Shown here in pieces: positions 27,214 to 37,952 of a DNA stretch of 62,236 bases (the first letter of the stretch is position 1; the number at the start of each line of letters is the position of its first letter). A program made the position numbers and the translations under genes. The DNA lies in contig JAZDFE010000010.1 in assembly GCA_043808175.1 (NCBI GenBank), forward strand, positions 1 through 62,236, in the 5' to 3' direction. The stretch is from Candidatus Omnitrophota bacterium (GTDB taxonomy: Bacteria; Omnitrophota; Omnitrophia; Omnitrophales; Aquincolibacteriaceae). The notes beneath the pieces were generated by a model, which did not search any database, was not told where the DNA came from, and saw only the letters and a program-made list of their open reading frames with translations.

Positions 27214-29325
27214 TCACCCTTCGTCGGTTCTGGAAAGTACCGAAAGATCGGCGATCTTTTCCGTATAGAGATTATGGATTTTCTTCATCAAAGCTTGACG
27301 GTTGGCTCGAACCCCAGGATCCTCCGCATTGACCATGACTTTTTCAAAAAACCGTTGCAATAATTCATAAAAAGTCCCCCCAAAAAGGAGCGTCGCCTGT
27401 TTATAATCGCGCTTTTTTATCAAATCCTGAATTTCGGGAACCTTGCTTTCATACAGCCGAAAAAGCTCATGTTCTAACGCATCCTGAAACAATGCCTCGT
27501 TAACTTTCTCAGAGATTTGTTTTTGCTGCCCTCGGATAATATTACCGGTACGCTCAACCACTTTGGCTGCTTCGAGAAAATCTTCCGGATGACTTTCACG
27601 GAGTTTTATTAAAATCTTATAGCGGTCGAAAATATCGGCCAAATCATCGACATTGCTCGCGGTAACCGCGCCAAGAATTTCCGCGGCATATGTTCCGGGC
27701 TTTATTCCTAATTCAAAAACGATGCGATCGCGGATGAACAATCCGAGTCTCATCTCATCAAGTTTATTAATGGCATTACCATACAGTTTTACATTCGCTG
27801 CGACAACTTTCTCCATGGAAAAAGAAATCCCGAACGCCCGAACAAGCTTGACCACAATGCCTCCGGCACGGCGTAACGCAAACGGATCCTTGCTTCCGGA
27901 CGGTTCCATCCCCGTTCCAAAAGCCCCGATCAAAAGGTCCAGGCGATCCATGACCCCGAAGAGCGCGCCGAGAAGACTCATGGATTTTGCGACTTTCGCG
28001 TGATCTTCCGTCAGGTTCTTGGGCAGGTATTGAGTGCCGATTGCTGACGCGACCTCATTTTTTTCTCTGGCCGCGAGAGCGTATTCCCGGCCTACGATCC
28101 CCTGAAGGTCCGGCATTTCATAAACAAGGTGGGTCACAAGATCGATTTTGGAAAGCGCGGCAACACGCGCGAGGTCCCGGGCGAGTTTTTTCTGTCCTGC
28201 CGCTGCGGCAAACTCCGCGGCCATCTTTTCAAGCCTCTCGGTCTTGTCGAGGACAGAACCGAGCTTGCCGAGATAGACAAGTTCGGCGAGTTTCGGTTTC
28301 TTCTTTTCGAAAGTTTCGCGCGTGTCCATTTCATAAAAATAACGGGCGTCTTTGAGTCGCGAGTCCAGAACATTTTCATAATCCGAACGGATCTTCGCTA
28401 GGCTGTTGCGCTTGCCGTTCATCACGGCCACAAACCGGTTCTTCATCTTCCCTTTGCCGTCGCAACAGGCAAAAACTTTCTGGTTCTTTTTCATGCAACT
28501 CGCGAGGACTTCCGCGGGAAGTTCGAGATACTCCTGCGAGAAAGTCCCCTCCAGAAAGACCGGCTCTTCCACAAGCTGGGCGTTTATATGCGCCAATTCT
28601 TCGTCGCTTTGTTTTTGTCCGAAACGGTTTTTGAGGGCCCCGCGAACCAAGGCCTCACGTATTCCGATCGGCAGAAAGACATGTTTCTTTTTCAAAAGCG
28701 CGACATAAGTCTTCCAATCGGCTTTCGGGATTGTGAAACTTTGCGGCGAAAGAAAGCGGTGACCGAAACTTTTGTTGCTGGACTTTACATCCGCAAGCAC
28801 AAGCGGCACCTTTTTGGCGTCCATCAGAACGACCAGCCAGCGGATGGGACGCGGGAAACGGAACCCCGACGCCTCCCAACGCATGAGTTTAGGAAAGGAA
28901 AGCGAGGCGAGAAGCTCCTTGATTAGACCCGGAAGGAGGGTCGACACAGCCCCTCCTTTTTCTTTTTTCCTCAGGAGGATGAACTTCCCCTTGGGAGTTT
29001 CGCGGATCTCGATATCTTTTTCAGTGGCCTGTTTGCTTTTAAGAAAACCCTGCAACACCACCGTGGATTTCCCCTGAGCATCGTAACACTTCTCATAAGA
29101 AGGGCCCGATATCTCGAGTTCCCTGTCAGGCTGCATCACGGCAATGCCTTGGACGAAAAGCGCGATGCGGCGCGGCGTAGCTTCCACTTTCACTTCCCCG
29201 AAAGCGATACGTTCATCTATAAGCTTTTGACGTGTCTTCACCGCCAGCTCGTCATAAATAACATCCAAACTTCCGACGGGAAGCTCTTCGACGCCGATCT
29301 CGATTAGTAAATGAGACATGGTCAT
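27214..29325 (-). CDS. glyS: Glycine--tRNA ligase beta subunit
   Basis: 703 aa. The start overlaps the glyQ stop by 4 nt. The [12 protein letters not shown]-terminus is typical of GlyS. Confidence 0.9.
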   Translation of the reverse strand: MTMSHLLIEIGVEELPVGSLDVIYDELAVKTRQKLIDERIAFGEVKVEATPRRIALFVQGIAVMQPDRELEISGPSYEKCYDAQGKSTVVLQGFLKSKQATEKDIEIRETPKGKFILLRKKEKGGAVSTLLPGLIKELLASLSFPKLMRWEASGFRFPRPIRWLVVLMDAKKVPLVLADVKSSNKSFGHRFLSPQSFTIPKADWKTYVALLKKKHVFLPIGIREALVRGALKNRFGQKQSDEELAHINAQLVEEPVFLEGTFSQEYLELPAEVLASCMKKNQKVFACCDGKGKMKNRFVAVMNGKRNSLAKIRSDYENVLDSRLKDARYFYEMDTRETFEKKKPKLAELVYLGKLGSVLDKTERLEKMAAEFAAAAGQKKLARDLARVAALSKIDLVTHLVYEMPDLQGIVGREYALAAREKNEVASAIGTQYLPKNLTEDHAKVAKSMSLLGALFGVMDRLDLLIGAFGTGMEPSGSKDPFALRRAGGIVVKLVRAFGISFSMEKVVAANVKLYGNAINKLDEMRLGLFIRDRIVFELGIKPGTYAAEILGAVTASNVDDLADIFDRYKILIKLRESHPEDFLEAAKVVERTGNIIRGQQKQISEKVNEALFQDALEHELFRLYESKVPEIQDLIKKRDYKQATLLFGGTFYELLQRFFEKVMVNAEDPGVRANRQALMKKIHNLYTEKIADLSVLSRTDEG

Positions 29326-30221
29326 TTCTTCTTTCCGATAAGCGGAAAATTCTGCGCCTTGCGGCTTTCAAGATACCCTTCCGCGCAACGGCGGGCCAAA
29401 GCCCGGACGCGAGCGACATAGCGGGGCCGTTCGTTTACGCTCACGGCGCCACGCGCGTCCAGAAGATTAAAAATATGTGAAGTTTTGAGACAGCAATCGT
29501 AGGCCGGGAGAACCATCCCGCCTTCAAGCAGGCGTTCGGCCTGTTTTTCATAATCTTCGAAATGGCGGCGGTAGATCTCGGGATCCGATCCCTCGAAATT
29601 GAACTTTGAGAATTCCCGCTCCCCCTGCAGATGGACGTCGCCATAGGTGACCTTGTCATTCCATTGGATGTCAAAAAGAGAATCTTTCTGCTGGAGGAAC
29701 ATGGCGATGCGCTCAAGACCGTAGGTGATCTCGCAAGAGATCACATCAAGATCGATCGAACCGCACTGTTGGAAATAAGTGAATTGCGTGATCTCGAGAC
29801 TGTCGAGCCATACCTCCCAGCCAAGACCCCATGCGCCAAGCGTCGGAGATTCCCAATCGTCCTCCACAAAACGGATATCATGAGAAAGCGGATCAATGCC
29901 GACCGCGCGAAGACTATTCAGATAAAGCCCCTGAGGATTTTCGGGGGACGGCTTTAAAATGACCTGGTATTGATAATAGTGCTGGGTCCTGTGCGGGTTC
30001 TCGCCATAGCGACCATCCGTGGGCCTGCGAGAGGGCTCAACATAGGCGGCTTTCCAAGGCTCGGGACCCAGGGCCCGGAGAAATGTATGGGGGGAAAAAG
30101 TGCCGGCACCGACTTCGATATCGTAGGGCTGCATCACGAGACAACCCTGTTTCGCCCAATAGTCGTTCAACTTTTGTACTAACTCTTGGAACGTCAAAGG
30201 TTTAGGCATTGCCTTCCCCAA
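29322..30221 (-). CDS. glyQ: Glycine--tRNA ligase alpha subunit
   Basis: 299 aa. Contains [44 protein letters not shown] and [10 protein letters not shown]. Confidence 0.95.
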   Translation of the reverse strand: MGKAMPKPLTFQELVQKLNDYWAKQGCLVMQPYDIEVGAGTFSPHTFLRALGPEPWKAAYVEPSRRPTDGRYGENPHRTQHYYQYQVILKPSPENPQGLYLNSLRAVGIDPLSHDIRFVEDDWESPTLGAWGLGWEVWLDSLEITQFTYFQQCGSIDLDVISCEITYGLERIAMFLQQKDSLFDIQWNDKVTYGDVHLQGEREFSKFNFEGSDPEIYRRHFEDYEKQAERLLEGGMVLPAYDCCLKTSHIFNLLDARGAVSVNERPRYVARVRALARRCAEGYLESRKAQNFPLIGKKK

Positions 30222-30310
30222 AAGGTCTTTAGCGGGTTAAAAACGCTTCTTCAAAGAGGCGGCATTGTAGCAAAAACCCACTGACGAATCAAGTTACGGA
30301 AGGAAAAACG

Positions 30311-30688
30311 TCAGGCACGATGATGCCGGGCTTGTAGCTCCTCCAAGACCTTCAGAGCTTCCTGCCGTTCGCGCCGAAGAGGATCGGCCTGGAGAGCCAC
30401 AAGTGTCAAAAGCTCACGGAGTAATTCCTGGGACGAGATCAGGCGATCTGTCTCCATTCCAGCTTGTTCGATGGTGGCATAAAGAATGGATTTCACGTCG
30501 TGGATCTTTTCGTAGTCATGTGACATGTCATTCTCACGAAGCAGCTGCTGGGTCCTATCCATCGCTTTCGCAAGGCATCGCCGATAACCGCTTTCCTCGT
30601 TTTCTGTTTGTTCTTGTTTGACATTTTCCATTTTCATTCTCCGGAACCGCTGAAGGAACAGTCCTGGCTTTCGTTTTCCTTCGATCAA
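30311..30688 (-). CDS. Hypothetical acidic helical protein
   Basis: 125 aa (possibly shorter, starting at MKMENVKQ). No family recognised. Confidence 0.45.
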   Translation of the reverse strand: MIEGKRKPGLFLQRFRRMKMENVKQEQTENEESGYRRCLAKAMDRTQQLLRENDMSHDYEKIHDVKSILYATIEQAGMETDRLISSQELLRELLTLVALQADPLRRERQEALKVLEELQARHHRA

Positions 30689-30734
30689 CGGCCGCCAGGA
30701 CCGTCCCTTCGCGTACGGGTCTCAAGCTCCGGTA

Positions 30735-31076
30735 TTAGACCGTCACTTGATCTTTAAAGCGTTGCAGCTTGTTACCGCCGATCCCCTGGACTTGAGTCAG
30801 ATCATCGATCGACTTGAACATGCCATTCTTATCGCGATGCTCGATGATCCGCTTGGCCATCACGGGGCCGATCCCACGAACTTTGATCAACTCCTCAGCG
30901 GTGGCTTTATTGACATTCACCATCGCCGTGGATTGCGGCTGCCCTTGAAGCTGCAATGTCGCCTTAGGTTGACCGGCCAGCACCTTCTCTGCGGCGATCA
31001 TGGAAAGACCCCCGAAGAAGAACGTTGCGATAACCAAGACTCCGAATGCGCGTTTCACTTCTTTTCTGTACATCAT
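30735..31076 (-). CDS. ComEA-family helix-hairpin-helix DNA-binding protein
   Basis: 113 aa. It has an N-terminal TM/signal segment, then VNVNKATAEELIKVRGIGPVMAKRIIEHRDKNGMFKSIDDLTQVQGIGGNK. Confidence 0.8.
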   Translation of the reverse strand: MMYRKEVKRAFGVLVIATFFFGGLSMIAAEKVLAGQPKATLQLQGQPQSTAMVNVNKATAEELIKVRGIGPVMAKRIIEHRDKNGMFKSIDDLTQVQGIGGNKLQRFKDQVTV

Positions 31077-31152
31077 TGTGACACCTCCGTTTTTGACGTT
31101 GACTGGATGGTAACATAAATATGATTATATGTCAATATTATATTTAATAAAA

Positions 31153-31179
31153 ACAATAACTTATTGTATTCATTATTGT
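31153..31179. promoter_or_regulatory. Operator-like palindrome ACAATAA-C-TTATTGT plus a third TTATTGT half-site
   Basis: Perfect 7-1-7 palindrome at 31153-31167, with a half-site repeated at 31173-31179. It lies in the divergent comEA/XRE intergenic region, just upstream of the predicted -35. Confidence 0.35.
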
Positions 31180-31189
31180 TATATTCTAC

Positions 31190-31217
31190 TTGACGAATAG
31201 GGTCATGCCGTTAAAAT
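31190..31217 (+). promoter_or_regulatory. Sigma-70-like promoter of the XRE-cupin gene
   Basis: TTGACG (31190-31195), a 16-nt spacer, then TAAAAT (31212-31217). The ATG at 31224 is only 6 nt past the -10 and has no Shine-Dalgarno sequence. Confidence 0.45.
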
Positions 31218-31223
31218 ACGTTT

Positions 31224-31778
31224 ATGTTAAAGAATTTAGGGCAACGTATACGAACGCTTCGCAGGGAAAAAGGCCTCACCCTAGTCGAGATCTCCCAAAA
31301 GACCGGCATCGCCCAGGCCACTCTTTCTCGCATCGAGACCGGCACCATGATCGGAACGGTCGAAAGCCACGAAAAGATCGCCGAGATGCTTGGCATTGGA
31401 CTTTCCGAACTCTATACGGGAGTTGATCGCCGCTATGAACAGATCAGCCATCAAGCCAAGGAGGCGCGCACGGCCACGCACCACACCAAGGAAGTTCATG
31501 TGGAAGTGCTCACGCAGGAAAGCTCCAAAAAGAAGATCACCCCCCTCCTCCTGACTCTCCAGGGAGGCGGTAAGACGGAGAAGGAGCACAACGAACGCGG
31601 GGTGGAGAAATTCGCATGGGTTCTTGACGGGCACGTCAAGGTTAAGCTCGAGAATAAGGAATACGACCTCAAGGCGCAGGAAACCCTCTACTTCGACGCC
31701 TCTTTCCCTCATCAGATCGTGAACGAAGGGCAGAAGACCGCCAAGGTCTTCATCGCCGTTTCACCTTCTAAGATTTAA
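31224..31778 (+). CDS. XRE-family HTH transcriptional regulator with a C-terminal cupin domain
   Basis: 184 aa. The HTH is LGQRIRTLRREKGLTLVEISQKTGIAQATLSRIETG. The C-terminus is cupin-like (EKFAWVLDGHVKV...LYFDASFPHQIVNEG). Confidence 0.85.
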   Translation: MLKNLGQRIRTLRREKGLTLVEISQKTGIAQATLSRIETGTMIGTVESHEKIAEMLGIGLSELYTGVDRRYEQISHQAKEARTATHHTKEVHVEVLTQESSKKKITPLLLTLQGGGKTEKEHNERGVEKFAWVLDGHVKVKLENKEYDLKAQETLYFDASFPHQIVNEGQKTAKVFIAVSPSKI

Positions 31779-31860
31779 GCGATTCACTGTAAGCAAACCC
31801 AGGGCTTTGAATCTTTTTTGAGTGGAATTGAGTATCAGCGCCCGCCGAAGAGACAGAAAT

Positions 31861-32184
31861 TTACCTTTTGACAGCTACTTCTCTGGAGATCCAATCCAGG
31901 TAGGACCGGCTGCCTTTCGTGATAGGCAAGCAAATGATTTCGGGAACTTCATAAGGATGATTTTCTAAGAGGGTCTTTTCGAGTTTCTTATAGTTCGATA
32001 CCTGCGTCTTGATAAGGAGGAGAACTTCTTTGGAGGTTTCTTTTCTGCCACGCCAGTGGTAATGGGATTCCAGTCCGGGAAGGATCTGAACGCAGGCCGC
32101 GAGCCGTTTAGAAACCAAAAGGCCCGCTAAGGTGCGGGCCTTTTGAATGCTAGAAACAGTGTTAAGAACGCAACAATACTTCAC
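31861..32184 (-). CDS. cutA: Divalent-cation tolerance protein CutA
   Basis: 107 aa. Contains LAACVQILPGLESHYHWRGRKETSKEVLLLIKT...HPYEVPEI. Confidence 0.85.
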   Translation of the reverse strand: MKYCCVLNTVSSIQKARTLAGLLVSKRLAACVQILPGLESHYHWRGRKETSKEVLLLIKTQVSNYKKLEKTLLENHPYEVPEIICLPITKGSRSYLDWISREVAVKR

Positions 32185-32193
32185 GTTCGAAAA

Positions 32194-32397
32194 TTATTTT
32201 CGATTAAGCGTTGCTGAGTAACCGCTTTCGGGAGTCCCCAAAGTGATGTGACCTTCGCGAGCAAGCCATCCGAGACTCATCAGCACAAGTTCGTGAGGAC
32301 GCTTTAAACCTTTGGTAAGTTCATCTGCGGTGGCGTTTTTTTTATCGTCAAGGAAGTGCCAGATCTCTCCAGCGACAATTCCAATTTCCATAATCAT
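32194..32397 (-). CDS. Small winged-helix protein (DUF2582-like)
   Basis: Track ORF runs to 32442. The ATG at 32397 is preceded by AAGGAG. Sequence is MIMEIGIVAGEIWHFLDDKKNATADELTKGLKRPHELVLMSLGWLAREGHITL. Confidence 0.6.
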   Translation of the reverse strand: MIMEIGIVAGEIWHFLDDKKNATADELTKGLKRPHELVLMSLGWLAREGHITLGTPESGYSATLNRK

Positions 32398-32508
32398 GAG
32401 GGGGCTCCTTTTGAAACTGAATTTACATCTAACAACGTGCACAATATAGCAAAAAACGATTCCGTTTAAAAGAACTTTATTGTTTTCCCCTTGAGCAACC
32501 GATCACAC

Positions 32509-35295
32509 TCATCCGGCCCCCATTCCGAGAACTTTGCGAAGGAAATGCCCTGTATAGGAGCCCAGAACTCCGGCGACCTCTTCCGGAGAGCCACAAGCAA
32601 CGATTCTCCCGCCATCCTTTCCGCCATCAGGTCCCAGATCGATCACATAATCTGCCATCTTGATGACATCCAGATTGTGCTCAATCACCACGACCGTGTT
32701 ACCCTGACTTCGAAGGTCAAAGAGCGCCTTCAAAAGATGCTGGATATCCCCAAAGTGAAGCCCCGTCGTGGGTTCGTCCAAAAGATAGAGCGTTTTTCCC
32801 GTAGCTTTTTTAATAAGCTCAGAGGCGATCTTGATGCGCTGAGCCTCTCCGCCCGAAAGCGTGGTCGACGATTGTCCGAGTTTTAGATAGCCCAACCCGA
32901 CCGCCTCAAGAACTTCCAACCGCTCGCGGATCATGGAAAACTTCTCAAAAAAACCTATGGCTTCCCGGACTGAAAGATCCAGCACCTCCGCAATATTTTT
33001 TCCTTGGTAGCGGACCTCAAGTGTTGGTTCATTGTACCGCTTGCCGCGACAGGATTCACAAACCACAAAAAGATCTGGCATAAAGTTCATTTCGAGTTTT
33101 TCGGATCCTGCTCCGCGGCAATTTTCACACCGCCCGCCTTTAAGATTAAAACTGAAACGCGACTGGGAATAGCGACGGAGTTTTGAAAGTTCCATATCGC
33201 TGTAAAGCTTACGAATAAACCCGAAAATATCCGTGTAGGTCGCGGGATTGGAGCGCGGTGTACGTCCGATCGGCGCTTGGTCGATCTCAATGATCTTATC
33301 AATGCAATCCGCACCCTCGAGGGTCGCGAACCGGCCTACTTTGTACTCCGTTTTAAAGATCCGATTGTGAAGTTCCTTGTAGAGAATATCGTGAACAAGT
33401 GTACTTTTACCTGAACCCGAGACGCCGGTTACGCAGATAAAAAGCCCGAGAGGAAAGGCCACATCGATATTTTTCAGATTATGCTCACAGCATCCTTTCA
33501 CGATAAGTTCGAGAACCGTACGAGCGTCCTTGCGATCCTTGGGTACCTCAATCGAAAGCTCGCCGGAAAGATATTTGAGCGTCAGCGATTCGGGGCACTC
33601 CTTCATCTCGGCAAGCTTGCCTTGGGCCACGATCTCCCCGCCCTCAATACCCGCCCCTGGTCCGAGATCGATCACGTGATCTGCCCTCCGGATCGTCTCC
33701 TCGTCATGTTCTACTACAAGCACCGTATTCTTGAGATCACGAAGTTTTTCAAGCGAATCCAACAACTTCCCATTATCACGAGGATGAAGGCCAATGCTCG
33801 GCTCGTCCAGCACATAGAGCACGCCGGTCAGTCCGAGTCCGATCTGCGCCGCAAGCCGGATGCGCTGGAGTTCCCCTCCGGCCAAAGTCGCAACCGTGCG
33901 ATCAAGTGTCATATACTCAAGTCCGATATTGAGAAGAAATGAAAGCCGCTCGCGAACTTCCCGGAGAATGGGCTCTGCGATCACTTTTTGTGCGCCTTGA
34001 AAAAAGAGATCCCGAAAAAACGGCACCGCTTCGTCGACAGATAAAGTCGTGACCTCGGCAATATTTCTTCCCTCGATCAGAACATTCAGACTTTCTTTTC
34101 GGAGCCGCTTGCCCGCACATTCCGGACAAATCTCCTCACGCAGGAACTTCCGGACCTTCGCACGCACTTCCTCGGAATTCGTTTCATGGAAAAGCCTCTC
34201 CCATTCTTCTACAAGCCCGGCGATGTCCCCATCCCCGAGAAAAAAAACTTCCTTGGCATCTTCCGGCCAATCCTGATACGGCGTATCCCATTCAAAGTTA
34301 TATTTCTCCGTCAGATCATGCAAGAGATCTTCAAAAAAATATTTATTGAACGAGAAAAAAACGTCTTTATTGAGCGCGCTCATAAGCGGTTTCTGGGGCG
34401 CCAAGATCACGCCCTGGGTGAAGATCTGCGAAAGCTTTCCGAGTCCTTTGCATTTCGAACAGGCTCCGTAAGGACTGTTGAATGAGAACATATTGGGTGC
34501 GAGATCCGGCAAGCTGATCTGGCACTTGGCGCAGGTTTTGGTCGTGGAAAAAAAATGAAGAACCCCCTCCCCCTCACTTTCCTTTTCCAGGATCGCAATA
34601 TGTCCTTTGGTGAAATCCAACGCGCAGGCAAAAGAATTCCTGAAACGTCTGTCCTCATCCTTTAAAGGCGTTAGTTCATCGATCACGATCTCCATATCGT
34701 GACGCACGGATTTTCGGAGCTTCATATCCTGTTTGATGAGTCTCACGTTCCCGTCGATACGCGCCCGATCAAAACCTTTTTTAAGTGAATCCTGGAAAAG
34801 CTTTTGGAATTCCCCCTTGCGCCCTCGCGCAAGTGGCGCCAGAACTTGCACTTCATGTTTCGCAAAACGTTCGAGAAGATCCTTAAAAAGCTCTTCACGG
34901 GACTGGCTTCGAAGGATCTCATGACACAAGGGACAGTGAGGTATCCCGACCTTGGCGAAAAGAAGTCGTAGATAATCGTAGATTTCAGTAACGGTCGCGA
35001 CCGTAGAGCGCGGATTATGCGTGACGGATCGCTGCTCGATCGCGATCGCCGGAGAAAGTCCTGAGATATGGTCCACATCTGGCTTCTTGAGCTTTTCGAG
35101 AAATTGCTTGGCGTAAGAGGAGAGACTTTCGAGATAGCGACGCTGGCCTTCGGCGTAGATCGTATCGAATGCGAGTGAGGATTTTCCGGAACCGGAAAGG
35201 CCGGTAATGACCGTGACCTTGTTGCGAGGAATCTTAAGCGATAAATTCTTGAGATTGTGTTCCCGTGCCCCGCGAATCTCGATGAATTCATCCAT
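32509..35295 (-). CDS. uvrA: Excinuclease ABC subunit A
   Basis: 928 aa. Contains [32 protein letters not shown], a second Walker A ([10 protein letters not shown]) and zinc-finger cysteines. Confidence 0.96.
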   Translation of the reverse strand: MDEFIEIRGAREHNLKNLSLKIPRNKVTVITGLSGSGKSSLAFDTIYAEGQRRYLESLSSYAKQFLEKLKKPDVDHISGLSPAIAIEQRSVTHNPRSTVATVTEIYDYLRLLFAKVGIPHCPLCHEILRSQSREELFKDLLERFAKHEVQVLAPLARGRKGEFQKLFQDSLKKGFDRARIDGNVRLIKQDMKLRKSVRHDMEIVIDELTPLKDEDRRFRNSFACALDFTKGHIAILEKESEGEGVLHFFSTTKTCAKCQISLPDLAPNMFSFNSPYGACSKCKGLGKLSQIFTQGVILAPQKPLMSALNKDVFFSFNKYFFEDLLHDLTEKYNFEWDTPYQDWPEDAKEVFFLGDGDIAGLVEEWERLFHETNSEEVRAKVRKFLREEICPECAGKRLRKESLNVLIEGRNIAEVTTLSVDEAVPFFRDLFFQGAQKVIAEPILREVRERLSFLLNIGLEYMTLDRTVATLAGGELQRIRLAAQIGLGLTGVLYVLDEPSIGLHPRDNGKLLDSLEKLRDLKNTVLVVEHDEETIRRADHVIDLGPGAGIEGGEIVAQGKLAEMKECPESLTLKYLSGELSIEVPKDRKDARTVLELIVKGCCEHNLKNIDVAFPLGLFICVTGVSGSGKSTLVHDILYKELHNRIFKTEYKVGRFATLEGADCIDKIIEIDQAPIGRTPRSNPATYTDIFGFIRKLYSDMELSKLRRYSQSRFSFNLKGGRCENCRGAGSEKLEMNFMPDLFVVCESCRGKRYNEPTLEVRYQGKNIAEVLDLSVREAIGFFEKFSMIRERLEVLEAVGLGYLKLGQSSTTLSGGEAQRIKIASELIKKATGKTLYLLDEPTTGLHFGDIQHLLKALFDLRSQGNTVVVIEHNLDVIKMADYVIDLGPDGGKDGGRIVACGSPEEVAGVLGSYTGHFLRKVLGMGAG

Positions 35296-35321
35296 GCTCG
35301 GAATCCCTCCGGCCGGCCCGC

Positions 35322-36137
35322 TCAGGTCCCGACGCGAACGGAGGCGAAAGCTTTTTTGAGCGTGGCGATCGCGGAAAGAATGGCCAGATAACTTGTTTTC
35401 GGATTCCCGGGCGCCGGTTTGTTCTGCGTCACCGTGGTGAACGTACCGAAATCCCCTTCGACCAGGACTTCATGCCGGTTCCCTTTGTAGGATCGCGAGG
35501 TCCAGATCTCCACCTGCGTGCGCTCGGGTCCGATCCCTGCGAGGCTTAGGACGGCGGCGACATTGATGTTCTGCGGGAAATGCTCGATGGCCTCGATCGC
35601 CGCCCCGCGGAAAATACGTTTTTCTTCCGAAAAGGTTTTAAGGACTGGAAATTTTTTCTTGAGAAAATAGGCCGCGCCCATCAGTGCCTCGGGAGGCTTA
35701 CGCGTGATCAAACGGACCTTCCGGATCTTCCCGTTGGCTGCCGCCAGGACACCGTCCACGCCGGTGATCGCACCGGAGGGACAAAAGATCCGGGACCGGT
35801 TCTTCTTGAGCATTTCGGCAACCTGTGGCTGAAGCAATCCTCCCACACTCATGATAAGGACTTTTTTATTCCATTCGCAAGCAAGCCTTACGACCTGCGC
35901 CGCAACCTTGGGTGACGCGGCCTCGATAATCAGATCCGAACGGCGGACCAGTTCGGTCAGTGGAACCAGGCGCGCATAAAACTTGTATTTTTCTTGAAGC
36001 GCTGCCGCCTTTTCCTTGTGCTTTTCGCACAAAAACTTAAGCTGCGCGAAAGCCCGGAGATCCGTCACCACCGCTTGCGCGAGCGCCGTCCCGATCGTCC
36101 CTCCCCCAATGATCCCGACCTTGATCTTTTGTTTCAT
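35322..36137 (-). CDS. nadX: L-aspartate dehydrogenase
   Basis: 271 aa. Contains [41 protein letters not shown] and [14 protein letters not shown]. Confidence 0.8.
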   Translation of the reverse strand: MKQKIKVGIIGGGTIGTALAQAVVTDLRAFAQLKFLCEKHKEKAAALQEKYKFYARLVPLTELVRRSDLIIEAASPKVAAQVVRLACEWNKKVLIMSVGGLLQPQVAEMLKKNRSRIFCPSGAITGVDGVLAAANGKIRKVRLITRKPPEALMGAAYFLKKKFPVLKTFSEEKRIFRGAAIEAIEHFPQNINVAAVLSLAGIGPERTQVEIWTSRSYKGNRHEVLVEGDFGTFTTVTQNKPAPGNPKTSYLAILSAIATLKKAFASVRVGT

Positions 36138-36493
36138 TTTTTCTTTTTCACGATGCGATTCTTGGAATCGACATAAACAACTTTAGGTTTGTGTTTTTTG
36201 GCTTCTGCCGCCGTAAGTACCATAAAGGTCAAAATGATTGCTATATCACCCACTTTTCCGTGCTTGGCGGCACCACCGTTCAGGCAGACCACGCCGGACC
36301 CCGCAGGCCCCGGGATGGCATAGCTTTCGATGCGAGAACCATTATTGAGATTCGCAATGAGAACTTTCTCATGCGGAAGAATGCCCGCCCCATCCATAAG
36401 TCTCTTGTCGATCGTGATACTTCCGGGATAATCGATGCACGCCTCGGTCACGGTCACGCGGTGGATCTTTCCACCCAACATTTGTTTCTGCAT
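36134..36493 (-). CDS. panD: Aspartate 1-decarboxylase
   Basis: 119 aa. Contains MLGGKIHRVTVTEACIDYPGSITID, which carries the self-processing G-S site. It overlaps the nadX start by 4 nt. Confidence 0.93.
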   Translation of the reverse strand: MQKQMLGGKIHRVTVTEACIDYPGSITIDKRLMDGAGILPHEKVLIANLNNGSRIESYAIPGPAGSGVVCLNGGAAKHGKVGDIAIILTFMVLTAAEAKKHKPKVVYVDSKNRIVKKKK

Positions 36494-36537
36494 AGACCCT
36501 CGATTTTTAGATTTCAGTAGTCTGTTTTCAATTGCCG

Positions 36538-37407
36538 TTAAGCGTGGATTATAACATTATCGATTAGTCTTGTCTTGCCGACAAAGCAAGCCGTTAATAT
36601 AGCCATGGTTTTCTGATACTTTTTGAGCGGCGCAAGTGTCCCGGGTTCCATGATCTCAAAATATTGAACCCGATCCACGTTTTTTCTCAATTCCCGGAGT
36701 GCCCGAGCCTTTAGACCCGCGAGCCCCCCCCGTTTTCTCCTTAAGAGGTCCTTCTTGAGCGTAAAAAGCGCTCGCGAGATCGCAAGTGCCCGATGCCGTT
36801 CGCGAGGACCGAGATAACGGTTCCTGGAACTTATGGCAAGTCCGTCCTTTTCTCGCACCGTAGGCATCACACGAACACGGGTTGGCAAGTTCAGATCACG
36901 CACAAGCTGGCCAATAACGGTAGCTTGCTGAAAATCCTTGGCGCCGAGATAAAGCCGGCAAGACCCCGTGATGTTAAGAAGCTTCGCCACCACGGTCGCC
37001 ACACCCCGGAAATGTCCGGGTCTGAATTTTCCGCAAAGAACATTCGCAAGCCTGGGGCTGACATCCACAAAAGTCGCATAACCTTCAGGATACATGGCCA
37101 CGACCGAAGGGCAGAAAAGATAATCGACCTTGACCATCCGGAGCTTTTTCATGTCCTCGGCCAACACACGCGGGTATTTCGCGTAGTCCTCATTGATGCC
37201 GAATTGGGTAGGGTTAACGAAGATGCTCACGACCGTGACATCGTTCTCGCGATCTGAGGCGCGGACAAGGGACAAGTGACCTTCATGCAGCGCCCCCATA
37301 GTAGGAACAAAACCCACGGTTTTCCCGCGGGCCCTTTCTTTTTCGAGTATTTGCTGAAGTTTCCCAGGATATCGGATAAGTTTCATAGTTTTCAGTTCAT
37401 GGCGCAA
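36538..37407 (-). CDS. panC: Pantoate--beta-alanine ligase
   Basis: 289 aa (likely true start MKLIRYPG at 37386). Contains VGFVPTMGALHEGHLSLV, VSIFVNPTQF and AISSRNRYL. Confidence 0.92.
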   Translation of the reverse strand: MRHELKTMKLIRYPGKLQQILEKERARGKTVGFVPTMGALHEGHLSLVRASDRENDVTVVSIFVNPTQFGINEDYAKYPRVLAEDMKKLRMVKVDYLFCPSVVAMYPEGYATFVDVSPRLANVLCGKFRPGHFRGVATVVAKLLNITGSCRLYLGAKDFQQATVIGQLVRDLNLPTRVRVMPTVREKDGLAISSRNRYLGPRERHRALAISRALFTLKKDLLRRKRGGLAGLKARALRELRKNVDRVQYFEIMEPGTLAPLKKYQKTMAILTACFVGKTRLIDNVIIHA

Positions 37408-37416
37408 AGCACAAGG

Positions 37417-37926
37417 TCAAAGGACCCGCTTTGTGCTTTGAGCTTCGCCCTTTGCGTTCAGTTCATTTAATAAGACTCGGATCGTTTTCTTCAATACCGG
37501 ATGAATAAATTCGGGAGCGAGATCACAAAATGGCACAAGTACAAACGCTCTTTCATGAAACCGCGGATGTGGAATGATGCGATTTTGTTTTTCGCATGTT
37601 TCATTTCCATAAAAGAGAATATCGAGGTCCAGGACCCGAGCTTCATTCTTCGTGATCCTCTGACGGCCCGCCCGGGCTTCGATGTCATGCATCCCCTGTA
37701 AAAGATCCTGCGGAGACAGTTCCGTCACAAAGCTCCAGACCGCGTTCCAATACTTCGGCTGCCCCTCTCCGCCGACGGGTTCTGTTTCATAGATCAGCGA
37801 ACGCTTCAACTCACGGATCCGGTCATCGGCAAGAAGCTCTCGGGCCGCAAACCCAAAATTACTTTTCCGGTCCCCGAGATTGGATCCGATACCGATGTAG
37901 ACCTGCGGCATGTTTTCCTTTTCCAC
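37417..37926 (-). CDS. folK: 2-amino-4-hydroxy-6-hydroxymethyldihydropteridine diphosphokinase
   Basis: 169 aa. Contains YIGIGSNLGDR, YETEPVG, LDLDILFY and IPHPRFHERAFVLVP. Confidence 0.9.
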   Translation of the reverse strand: MEKENMPQVYIGIGSNLGDRKSNFGFAARELLADDRIRELKRSLIYETEPVGGEGQPKYWNAVWSFVTELSPQDLLQGMHDIEARAGRQRITKNEARVLDLDILFYGNETCEKQNRIIPHPRFHERAFVLVPFCDLAPEFIHPVLKKTIRVLLNELNAKGEAQSTKRVL

Positions 37927-37952
37927 GCATCCGGACGTGAGGGGAAAGTTCT

